DNA of 56,067 nucleotides from Flavobacteriaceae bacterium. Its GTDB lineage: Bacteria; Bacteroidota; Bacteroidia; UKL13-3. A model generated the notes under the pieces. It saw only the letters and a list, made by a program, of their open reading frames with translations, was not told the origin of the DNA and ran no database searches. This document shows positions 1 to 7,949 of the stretch, one piece after another. The stretch lies in the NCBI GenBank assembly GCA_025363675.1, contig JANYDJ010000156.1:1-56067 (forward strand), in the 5' to 3' direction. Numbering within the stretch: position 1 is the first letter of the stretch; every line of letters starts with the position of its first letter. The position numbers were made by a program, and so were the translations under genes.

Positions 1-9
1 ATTGGCCTT

Positions 10-2148
10 TTGTTGTTATCACTCCTCATTCTATTTGTTGCAATGGGCTGGGCGGGTAATTTGCCCAAGGTAGAAGAATTAGAAAATCCCAAAACTAATT
101 TAGCTACCGAAGTAATTAGCGAAGATGGGGTAGTGCTTGGAAAGTATTATATAGAAAACAGGTCGAATGAAACCTATAAAACTATTGGGCCCAATTTAAT
201 AAATGCTTTAATAGCCACAGAAGATATTCGTTTCAACAAACATTCGGGTATCGATTTTCAGGGACTGGGAACTGGCTTTGTTGCCAATATGATTGGTAAA
301 AAACGGGGAGCATCAACCATTACCCAACAGCTTGCCAAAAACCTTTTTAAGCGTGATGATTTTAGCAATGTATTTAAGAAAACTTTAACCAAACTTAAAG
401 AGTGGGTATTGGCTATACAATTAGAAAAAAGATATACCAAAGAAGAAATCATTACCATGTATTTAAATACGGTACAGTTTTCGGGAAATGCTTTTGGAAT
501 TCGATCGGCAGCCAAGGTTTTTTTTAATAAGAAACCCAGTGATTTGCAGGTGCAAGAAGCAGCAACATTGGTAGGTATATTAAAAGCAATTGGCCGATTT
601 AATCCAGTAAAAAATCCAGAAAATTCTTTGAACCGACGCAATACCGTATTGGGCCAAATGGCAAAGTATGATTATATAAAAAAGGAAGAATTTGAAAAGC
701 TGAAACAATTACCATTGGCAGTTGAGTTTTCGCAGGATGACCATACCGATGGATTGGCCACACATTTTAGAGAATACTTAAGAGGCGAGATAAGCGACTG
801 GGCTGAAAAAAATGGACTGGATATATATAAGGACGGGCTAAAAATATATACCACTATCAATAGTAAAATGCAGCATTATGCAGAAGAGTCCATGGTGGAA
901 CATTTAAAAGAAATTCAAAAAGTATTTAATAGGGAATGGCGTGGTCGTCGTCCACCAGATTTGGATAAGCTATGCAAAGAAAATATGGTGCGTACTGATA
1001 GATATAAAAGATTGAAGCATGCAAAAGCAAATGATAAAGATATTATGCATGAGTTTGAGACCAAAGTAAAAACAAAGGTGTGGACTTACACAGGAATGCG
1101 TGACACACTTATCTCACCTCTCGATTCAATAGGTTATTATAAAATGATGTTGCAAAGTGGTTTTATGGCTATGGATCCACACAATGGGCAAATAAGAGCA
1201 TGGGTTGGCGGACAAAACTATAACTATTTTAAATATGACCATGTGAACCTGAAAGCTACGCGTCAAGTAGGTTCTACATTCAAACCTTTTGTATATTCAT
1301 TGGCAGTAGATAATAATTTTTCACCCTGTACCAAAATTCCAAACCAACCAGTAGTGTTTGAAGAGTTTGATAATTGGTCACCAAAAAATAGCGATGGCAC
1401 CACCAGTGGGAGAGACCTTACCATGTATCAAGGATTGGCAGGTTCAGTAAATAATATAGTAGCATATTTGCTGAAACAATTAGGCCCCAATGGTCCGCAA
1501 ACGGTAATAGATTTGGCCCGTAAAATGGGAATAAAAGGCAAGCTAGAACCTTATCCATCTATATGTTTGGGCGTGTTCGATTTAAGTGTGTATGAAATGG
1601 TTGGAGCCTTTAGCACCTTTGCCAATAAAGGACTTTGGGTTAAGCCACAATATATAAGTAAAATAACCGATAAAGCAGGCAATGTATTATATACACCGCA
1701 AATGGAAACACAGGAAGCCATGAGCGAACAAACAGCTTATATCATGTGCAGAATTTTGGAAGGTGTTACCTCGCACGGAACTGGTTGGGAAATAAAAAAT
1801 AAATATAAAATTAAAGGAGCAACAGGCGGTAAAACGGGAACCACACAAAATAATACCGATGGCTGGTTTATGGGCATTACGCCAAATTTAACCGCAGGTT
1901 GTTGGACAGGTTGCGAAGATATGGGAGTGCATTTTCAAAGTACCGCAAACGGAAGTGGGGCTACCATGTCGCTACCTATTTGGGGATTGTTTTTCCAAAA
2001 AGTACAAGCCGATCCCACTCTCAAAATAGAATTTCCCGATATGTTTGAACCACCCAAAAAGAAAATGACGATAGAGATTGATTGTGCGAAATATACTGGT
2101 GATGGTGATGGTACGCCGATTGATTTTAATAATATTGGTGGGGAGTAG
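10..2148 (+). CDS. mrcA: Class A penicillin-binding protein 1A (transglycosylase/transpeptidase); true start probably upstream of the window
   Basis: GT51 motifs EDIRFNKHSG and GASTITQQLAKN; transpeptidase motifs STFK, SVN, KTG; frame open from base 1. Confidence 0.9.
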   Translation: MLLSLLILFVAMGWAGNLPKVEELENPKTNLATEVISEDGVVLGKYYIENRSNETYKTIGPNLINALIATEDIRFNKHSGIDFQGLGTGFVANMIGKKRGASTITQQLAKNLFKRDDFSNVFKKTLTKLKEWVLAIQLEKRYTKEEIITMYLNTVQFSGNAFGIRSAAKVFFNKKPSDLQVQEAATLVGILKAIGRFNPVKNPENSLNRRNTVLGQMAKYDYIKKEEFEKLKQLPLAVEFSQDDHTDGLATHFREYLRGEISDWAEKNGLDIYKDGLKIYTTINSKMQHYAEESMVEHLKEIQKVFNREWRGRRPPDLDKLCKENMVRTDRYKRLKHAKANDKDIMHEFETKVKTKVWTYTGMRDTLISPLDSIGYYKMMLQSGFMAMDPHNGQIRAWVGGQNYNYFKYDHVNLKATRQVGSTFKPFVYSLAVDNNFSPCTKIPNQPVVFEEFDNWSPKNSDGTTSGRDLTMYQGLAGSVNNIVAYLLKQLGPNGPQTVIDLARKMGIKGKLEPYPSICLGVFDLSVYEMVGAFSTFANKGLWVKPQYISKITDKAGNVLYTPQMETQEAMSEQTAYIMCRILEGVTSHGTGWEIKNKYKIKGATGGKTGTTQNNTDGWFMGITPNLTAGCWTGCEDMGVHFQSTANGSGATMSLPIWGLFFQKVQADPTLKIEFPDMFEPPKKKMTIEIDCAKYTGDGDGTPIDFNNIGGE

Positions 2149-2232
2149 CATTGTAGACAAAAATATATAGACAAAAGAATAAAGATAGTGTTAGGTGCCT
2201 CAGCTATATTCACAAATCTGCCACACTATTAG

Positions 2233-2700
2233 TCACGCAGCGTTGCTAACTTCCACTGTATTCTTCAAAATAGCCAGCGTATTCTTCCAATAAAAATCCA
2301 CATGCTTATATATAATTTCTGTTGGGAAATTAGAAATATTTAACGTCAGCAAAGTTTGATTTTCTTGTTCAGATAATATAAATTCTAAACTTGTATAATT
2401 CTCTGGTTTGTCTTCCAAATGCGATATAGAACTTATATAATTGTATTGTAATATTCTTTCAGGTTCAAACTGTAAAACAAATCCCTTATTTTCAAACTTC
2501 ACATGGTGAAAACCCTTGATAGTAATAGTACTCCCAACTTTCCAATCAGTAATAATCTCCAAATCAAAATCATCTTCACCCATCCATTGTTTCATTTGTG
2601 AGGGGATGGTGAAGGCGGCCCAGAGTTTTGAGGTGGAGGCCTTGATGAGGATGTTTTTTGTCTGAATCACTGATTTGCTCGGATTGTTACTGGTAGTCAT
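2233..2700 (-). CDS. SRPBCC/AHSA1-like (START-fold) protein
   Basis: IKASTSKLWAAFT...QWM, DWKVGSTI, C-terminal helix FYWKNTLAILK. Confidence 0.75.
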   Translation of the reverse strand: MTTSNNPSKSVIQTKNILIKASTSKLWAAFTIPSQMKQWMGEDDFDLEIITDWKVGSTITIKGFHHVKFENKGFVLQFEPERILQYNYISSISHLEDKPENYTSLEFILSEQENQTLLTLNISNFPTEIIYKHVDFYWKNTLAILKNTVEVSNAA

Positions 2701-2707
2701 TCATATT

Positions 2708-3229
2708 TTATTTCTTCTTTAATATTCCTTTTTCATTTATTATATACACTGTTTCCTGTTCTGATATAGTTTTGTTTGTTTTATTGTCTAGTTCATTTTC
2801 AGTAATTACTATTTGATTGTTATTGTCAATAATTATACTATATTTATATATAAAGTTAGATTCTATCAAACATTTACTTCTAGTTAATCTCTGCAAAGTA
2901 GTGGTTGTGCCAAGTGTATCAGTGATATAAATATAAGGAAAGTGTTTTGCTTTAATTTGTTCGCAAATTATCAATACATTATATTTGGAATTTATGGGTA
3001 ACTTTCCCATTATTTCATATCCTGCGGGAGTGAAAGGGCCGACTACTGATTTTATGCTATCGGCCAATTCTACTTTTTCAAGACCACAGTTAAATTCAAT
3101 TGGTAACTTGAGAATCGGAACTTTGTTGATGAATTCCAAAGCATATATATATGCCATACTCTCTTCTGTGGTTTGGCTTTTGCCTATAAGGGACAAAAGA
3201 ATAAATAATGTTGATAAGGCTTTTTTCAT
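2708..3229 (-). CDS. Hypothetical secreted protein
   Basis: 173-aa ORF with signal peptide MKKALSTLFILLSLIGKSQ; TATATTTG promoter element at 3280-3287. Confidence 0.65.
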   Translation of the reverse strand: MKKALSTLFILLSLIGKSQTTEESMAYIYALEFINKVPILKLPIEFNCGLEKVELADSIKSVVGPFTPAGYEIMGKLPINSKYNVLIICEQIKAKHFPYIYITDTLGTTTTLQRLTRSKCLIESNFIYKYSIIIDNNNQIVITENELDNKTNKTISEQETVYIINEKGILKKK

Positions 3230-3317
3230 TATATATATATATTGTAAAGTATGCTACACAAGGGATATAATCCACGCTGCAAATATAGTGAGTAGTTTAT
3301 ATGAGTTTGCTACCCTC

Positions 3318-3411
3318 TGAGGTCGGCGACAACGCCGACCTCAAGCAGTGTGTATCGAGATACCCAGAGCAGTTCCACCATGCCTATGGTCGGTGTTGTC
3401 GCCGATCATAG
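3318..3411. repeat. REP doublet (REPIN) 1
   Basis: Palindromes TGAGGTCGGCG-ACAA-CGCCGACCTCA (3318-3343) and CTATGGTCGGTG-TTGT-CGCCGATCATAG (3384-3411), inverted relative to each other, 40-bp spacer. Confidence 0.85.
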
Positions 3412-3531
3412 AATAATCGGAACTTTGTTGATGAATTCAGTTGCATATATAGATGCCATACTCTCTTCTGTGGTTTGGCTTTTGCTTGCAAGTGACAAAA
3501 GAATAAATAACATTAATAAGGCTTTTTTCAT
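3406..3531 (-). pseudogene. Truncated 41-aa paralogue of the 2708-3229 gene
   Basis: Translates MKKALLMLFILLSLASKSQTTEESMASIYATEFINKVPIIL*; the stop codon lies inside the adjacent REP. Confidence 0.75.
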
Positions 3532-3618
3532 TTTTTGTATTTTATAAAGTATGCTACAACATTGGGCAAAATCCACGCTGCAAATATAGTGAGTAGTTTA
3601 TATGAGTTTGCTACCCTC

Positions 3619-3712
3619 TGAGGTCGGCGACAACGCCGACCTCAATCATTATGTGTCGAGATGCCTAGAGCAGTTCCACCATGCCTATGGTCGGCGTTGT
3701 CGCCGATCATAG
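3619..3712. repeat. REP doublet (REPIN) 2
   Basis: Palindromes at 3619-3644 and 3685-3712, 40-bp spacer. Confidence 0.85.
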
Positions 3713-3734
3713 AGGACGAGTAGAAAGTACCGCC

Positions 3735-3785
3735 TTTGCCTATGGTCGGCGTTTTGCCTATGGTCGGCGTTGTCGCCGACCATAG
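3735..3785. repeat. Single REP (3758-3785) preceded by a half-REP from an 18-bp tandem duplication
   Basis: TTTGCCTATGGTCGGCGT at 3735-3752 and 3753-3770; full palindrome CTATGGTCGGCGTTGTCGCCGACCATAG. Confidence 0.8.
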
Positions 3786-3805
3786 AATAGGAGGGTGTCG
3801 CATCA

Positions 3806-4309
3806 CTATATATGTTCTGTATAATGTGTTAAAAAATCCCAATCTTTTTCTTCATTTAATCTATAATACTTGGCAGAGGAAAATTCATACTCTTCTGCAT
3901 ACGCACATAAACCTGCTTTCACAGGATTCTGATGTATATAGTTTAGTTTTTGTTCAGCCACTTCTCTATTATACATTTTAGCTTTAAAAGGTCTACGTTC
4001 CCAAAAGTGATATTCTCTATCCTGTTGGGTACTTTTATAATTATTGAGTTGCGGTGAATTTGTATCAATCAATTTAAATTTTAGTTGTTGTGCTGTATAT
4101 GTCATGAATCTTCGTTGAACATTTTTTTCAATATAAGCATCTTGTTTGTTCCACAACAGATGTATATGGTTGGGCATTATTACAAAGCCATATAGCCAAA
4201 TTCTTTTATCTTCCACTAAAAACTTAAGACTATCTATTATAATGTTTTTTGATACATTATCTTCTAATAATGGTTGCCAATTCAAACAGGTAGCAGTATA
4301 GAATTCCAT
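3806..4309 (-). mobile_element. REP-associated tyrosine transposase (RAYT/TnpA-REP, IS200-like HUH Y1 family)
   Basis: FYTAT start, FVIMPNHIHLL HUH motif, FWER, NYIHQNPVKAGL catalytic Tyr, YEFSSA; REP palindromes on both sides. Confidence 0.9.
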
Positions 4310-4313
4310 GCAA

Positions 4314-4321
4314 CAAATATA
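4314..4321 (-). promoter_or_regulatory. Bacteroidota -7 promoter element of the RAYT gene
   Basis: TATATTTG 4 nt upstream of the ATG. Confidence 0.65.
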
Positions 4322-4350
4322 GTGTGAGAGTTTATAAGTGTGCTACTCCT

Positions 4351-4448
4351 TGAGGTCGGCGACAACGCCGACCTCAGGCAGCATGCATCAACAAGAGTAG
4401 TTTTCACGATACCACCATGCCTATGGTCGGCGTTGTCGCCGATCATAG
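4351..4448. repeat. REP doublet (REPIN) 3
   Basis: Palindromes at 4351-4376 and 4421-4448, 44-bp spacer. Confidence 0.85.
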
Positions 4449-4470
4449 AGGACGAGTACACAAAATCCCC

Positions 4471-4478
4471 TAACTTTG
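4471..4478 (+). promoter_or_regulatory. -7 promoter element of gatB
   Basis: TAACTTTG matches TAnnTTTG, 13 nt before the ATG. Confidence 0.65.
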
Positions 4479-4491
4479 CACCACCTAAAAA

Positions 4492-5949
4492 ATGGAAGAA
4501 ACAATATACGACAAATACGAACCGGTGATAGGGCTCGAGGTTCACAGCCAGTTGCTTACCCATAGCAAGGCATTTTGTAGCGACCCTATCGAATATGGTG
4601 CAATGCCCAATACACAAGTGGGCGTTATCAGTTTGGGTCACCCGGGTACTTTGCCTTTTCATAATAAGGCAGCGGTTGATTTAACTATTAAAATGGGATT
4701 GGCTTGCAACTGCCATATCAGAGAAGTGAATCACTATGCACGCAAGAATTATTTCTATGCCGATTTGCCAAAAGGCTATCAGATTACGCAGGACAAAACT
4801 CCTATATGTTTTGAAGGACATATAGATATAACCACCAAAGATGGTGTGACAAAACGTATCGGAATAGAACGTATACACATGGAGGAAGACTCAGGCAAAA
4901 GTATGCACGACCAAGATGTATATGATTCGCTTATCGACTACAACCGTGCGGGAACACCGCTGATGGAAATTGTAACCAAGCCCGATTTTAGAACCGGCGA
5001 AGAAGCGTATGCATATATAAGTTTGATACGCCAAATGGTGCGTTATTTAGATATTTCGGATGGTAATATGGAAGAAGGTTCTTTGCGTTGCGATGCGAAT
5101 ATTTCTGTGAGAATAAAAGGTGCAGAAAAATTTGGAACCAAGGTGGAGGTAAAAAATATGAACTCGATGCGTAACGTGCAACGTGCCATAGATTTTGAAA
5201 TAAAAAGACAAATAGATTTAATAGAAGCAGGTGGAACTATAGTATCGGATACCAGAACTTTCGATGCTCAGAAAAACCTAACAATATCGATGCGTAGCAA
5301 AGAAGCGGCAAATGATTATCGTTATTTTCCTGAGCCTGATTTGCCACCATTACATGTGGGAAAAGAATGGGTAGCCCGCATTAAAGAGCAAATGCCCGAA
5401 CTGCCTGCACAGCTTGCTACACGCTTGGTTGCAGACTATCATATAACAGCGTATGATGCACAAGTGCTAACAGAACTTAAAGAAACAGCCTATTACTTTT
5501 TAGAAATTTGCAAGCATACCACAAATTATAAATCGGCAGCGAATTGGTTGATGGGTGCGGTGAAAAACTATATGAACCAACAAGCAGTAGAGTTGAAAGA
5601 TTTTCCATTGAAAGCTTCACAAATTGCAGAAATTATAAAACTAATTGATGATGGCAAATTGAGTAATTCAGCCGCATCGCAAATATTGTTTCCAGCATTC
5701 TGTAATAAACCCGAAAGTAATGCAGCAGCACTTGCACAAGAATTAAACTTAATACAAGAGAGTGATGAAGGTTCTATCAAACCCATGGTAGAAGCGGTAT
5801 TGGCAGCATGGCCCGATAAGATAATAGAATACAAAGCCGGCAAAAAAAATCTGATGGGTTTGTTTGTAGGTGAGGTAATGAAACGCAGTCAAGGTAAAGC
5901 GGATCCAAAACTCACAAACAAATTGCTGATGGAATTGTTAGATAATTAA
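4492..5949 (+). CDS. gatB: Asp/Glu-tRNA amidotransferase subunit B
   Basis: VIGLEVHSQL, RKNYFYADLPKGYQITQ, HMEEDSGKS, DYNRAGTPLMEIV, DYRYFPEPDLPP. Confidence 0.97.
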   Translation: MEETIYDKYEPVIGLEVHSQLLTHSKAFCSDPIEYGAMPNTQVGVISLGHPGTLPFHNKAAVDLTIKMGLACNCHIREVNHYARKNYFYADLPKGYQITQDKTPICFEGHIDITTKDGVTKRIGIERIHMEEDSGKSMHDQDVYDSLIDYNRAGTPLMEIVTKPDFRTGEEAYAYISLIRQMVRYLDISDGNMEEGSLRCDANISVRIKGAEKFGTKVEVKNMNSMRNVQRAIDFEIKRQIDLIEAGGTIVSDTRTFDAQKNLTISMRSKEAANDYRYFPEPDLPPLHVGKEWVARIKEQMPELPAQLATRLVADYHITAYDAQVLTELKETAYYFLEICKHTTNYKSAANWLMGAVKNYMNQQAVELKDFPLKASQIAEIIKLIDDGKLSNSAASQILFPAFCNKPESNAAALAQELNLIQESDEGSIKPMVEAVLAAWPDKIIEYKAGKKNLMGLFVGEVMKRSQGKADPKLTNKLLMELLDN

Positions 5950-5965
5950 TATAATAAAACACAAA

Positions 5966-6013
5966 CGTCATCCGATAGCTATCGGATGCGAGGAGGAACG
6001 ACGAAGCAATCTC
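5966..6013. repeat. Intergenic REP-like element containing a perfect 20-bp palindrome
   Basis: CATCCGATAGCTATCGGATG (5969-5988) embedded in CGTCA...TGCGAGGAGGAACGACGAAGCAATCTC. Confidence 0.6.
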
Positions 6014-6055
6014 AATCGAAGCAATTTTCTCCTTACAAACGATAAATAAATATAG

Positions 6056-6295
6056 ATGAAAAAGTATATTATATTCTCATTCTTTATTCTTGTTTCAGTT
6101 GCAGAAATGATGGCCCAGTGCAGTATGTGCAAAGCCAATGCAAAAACAGCTAGTGAAGGTGGTAGCAATATCGGCAAAGGATTAAATGCGGGTATTGAAT
6201 ATATGTTAGTGGTACCTTATATAGCAGCCGCAGTTGTGGGAGTGCTTTGGTATATCAACTATCGTAAAAAGCAAGCACAGCAAAATGCCCAATAA
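6056..6295 (+). CDS. Small membrane protein with a QCSMC motif
   Basis: Signal peptide, QCSMCKA, GLNAGIEYML...PY transmembrane segment; resembles a conserved Bacteroidota hypothetical family. Confidence 0.7.
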   Translation: MKKYIIFSFFILVSVAEMMAQCSMCKANAKTASEGGSNIGKGLNAGIEYMLVVPYIAAAVVGVLWYINYRKKQAQQNAQ

Positions 6296-6689
6296 GCCCG
6301 CCAAGTCCAGATTTGAAGCCATTGTTAGATGTATGTGTCCACGTTGTTATAGTGGCAATGTTTTCAAGTATCCAATGAGCAAAATTTCTAAATTTAATAT
6401 CATGTATGATGATTGCCCCGTGTGCGGATTGCATTATGAACTGGAGCCCGGATATTTTTATAGTGCCATGTATATTAGTTATGCATTGTCGTCGGGAGTA
6501 ACGCTGGTACTCGGGTTTCTCATGTATAAATTTTTTAATGACCCAGCACTTTGGGTTTATGCAACCATGATAATATCTTCGATGCTTTTGCTTTCTCCAT
6601 TATCGTTAAGATTTTCGCGGATGCTCACATTGCATTACATTTCTCCTATTAGGTTTGATAAGAAGTATCAGGAGCAACGCCCAGCCTAG
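6285..6689 (+). CDS. DUF983-like Zn-ribbon membrane protein
   Basis: CPRC...CPVCG...EPGYFYSAMYISY plus two TM helices; ATG at 6285 overlaps the upstream stop region. Confidence 0.75.
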   Translation: MPNKPAKSRFEAIVRCMCPRCYSGNVFKYPMSKISKFNIMYDDCPVCGLHYELEPGYFYSAMYISYALSSGVTLVLGFLMYKFFNDPALWVYATMIISSMLLLSPLSLRFSRMLTLHYISPIRFDKKYQEQRPA

Positions 6690-6749
6690 CCTCAGCCAAA
6701 GCTTATCCAAAATCTTTCCACCGCGTTTGGTATTTGAAAAATCTGCGTC

Positions 6750-6757
6750 TATCTTTG
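6750..6757 (+). promoter_or_regulatory. -7 promoter element of the M23 gene
   Basis: TATCTTTG. Confidence 0.6.
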
Positions 6758-6818
6758 CCAAGTCTAAAAAATGCCTATGCACCTAATTGTACTTATCTAA
6801 AACATTAATTTCCAACCA

Positions 6819-7802
6819 ATGAAAGTTAATTTCAAAAAAGCAAAATGGGTGTACAACCCGCACAAGCTCAAGTTTGAGATGGTACAAATCAGCCTTCGTA
6901 AAAGGTTGTTCCAAATTTTCGGATTCCTCAGTTCTTCCTTTGTGATGGGGGTTATTTTCTTCTTTGTGTTTGAGTCGTTTGTAGATTCTCCTGAAGAAAA
7001 ATCATTGAAACAAGACAATGCCTTTCTTAAAGAGCAATTGGGCGATATGAGCAATAAAGTGGAGCAAATTTCCTCACAGATTGCCGAGCTTCATAACAAA
7101 GACAATCAAGTATATCGTGCCACTTACGAAAAAGAGCAAATTACCGATGAGCAATTTAATGCAGGTACAGGTGGTGTGGACAAATACAAAACATTATTGG
7201 GCTTTAAAAATAGCGAGGCCGTTGTTGAGCTTGCCCAACGAATAGACCAGTTGCGTGGCCAAGTTCAAATTCAATCTACTTCATTTGATGAGCTTATAAA
7301 ATCAGCAGCACAAAAATCGGAAATGCTTGCTAGTATTCCCGCTATCCAACCTATTGCCAATAACGATTTGCGTATGATAGCTTCAGGTTTTGGATATCGC
7401 ATGGATCCTATTTACAAATCAGTAAAAATGCACAGCGGTATTGATTTCACTGCATCTTATGGCAAAGAGATACACGCTACCGGAAATGGTTATGTAGCCG
7501 AAGCAGGAATGGGAGGCGATGGATATGGAATTAAAGTAATAATTAATCACGGTTTCGGATATCAAACATTGTATGGCCACATGTGCAAAGTAAATGTGAG
7601 ACCCGGACAAAAAATACAACGTGGCGATGTAATTGGCTATGTAGGTTCTACAGGTAAATCAACAGGCCCACATATACATTATGAAGTAATAAAAAACGGA
7701 CAAAAAATAAACCCCGTGCATTTCTTCTACAACGATGTTACTCCCGGCGACTACCAAAAAATGGTGAAGATTGCGGAGCGTGACGGACAGTCATTCGATT
7801 GA
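6819..7802 (+). CDS. M23 family metallopeptidase
   Basis: HSGIDF and GPHIHYEV Zn motifs, N-terminal TM segment and coiled coil. Confidence 0.92.
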   Translation: MKVNFKKAKWVYNPHKLKFEMVQISLRKRLFQIFGFLSSSFVMGVIFFFVFESFVDSPEEKSLKQDNAFLKEQLGDMSNKVEQISSQIAELHNKDNQVYRATYEKEQITDEQFNAGTGGVDKYKTLLGFKNSEAVVELAQRIDQLRGQVQIQSTSFDELIKSAAQKSEMLASIPAIQPIANNDLRMIASGFGYRMDPIYKSVKMHSGIDFTASYGKEIHATGNGYVAEAGMGGDGYGIKVIINHGFGYQTLYGHMCKVNVRPGQKIQRGDVIGYVGSTGKSTGPHIHYEVIKNGQKINPVHFFYNDVTPGDYQKMVKIAERDGQSFD

Positions 7803-7828
7803 TAAATTCTATTCCAACAATTATTTAT

Positions 7829-7864
7829 AAAAAAAAACGCAACTTAATAAGTCGCGTTTTTTTT
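7829..7864 (+). terminator. Intrinsic terminator (possibly bidirectional)
   Basis: A-tract, CGCAACTT-AAT-AAGTCGCG imperfect stem, T-tract. Confidence 0.7.
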
Positions 7865-7911
7865 GTGCTATAGATTTTTCTATTTTCACTACTACGTTAT
7901 ATAAATATAGC

Positions 7912-7919
7912 TATATTTG
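7912..7919 (+). promoter_or_regulatory. -7 promoter element of the 2007-aa gene
   Basis: TATATTTG. Confidence 0.55.
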
Positions 7920-7949
7920 TGTCTTATTATTGTTGCAATTTAAACATAT

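Larger units (their letters stand above)
3113..3713. repeat. Diverged tandem duplication of ~300 bp (3113-3412 and 3415-3713)
   Basis: Both copies start AATCGGAACTTTGTTGATGAATTC and contain the 5' end of the secreted-protein gene, its promoter and a REP doublet. Confidence 0.9.

Noticed and set aside
3318-4448. Palindromic repeats with ~40-bp spacers as a CRISPR array
   Set aside because: The repeats alternate in orientation, the spacers resemble each other, no cas genes are present and a RAYT is adjacent, so these are REPs
3350-4662. Short ORFs 3350-3547, 3642-3842, 3736-3981, 4282-4662 and 4340-4528
   Set aside because: They translate REP palindromes or run antisense to real genes
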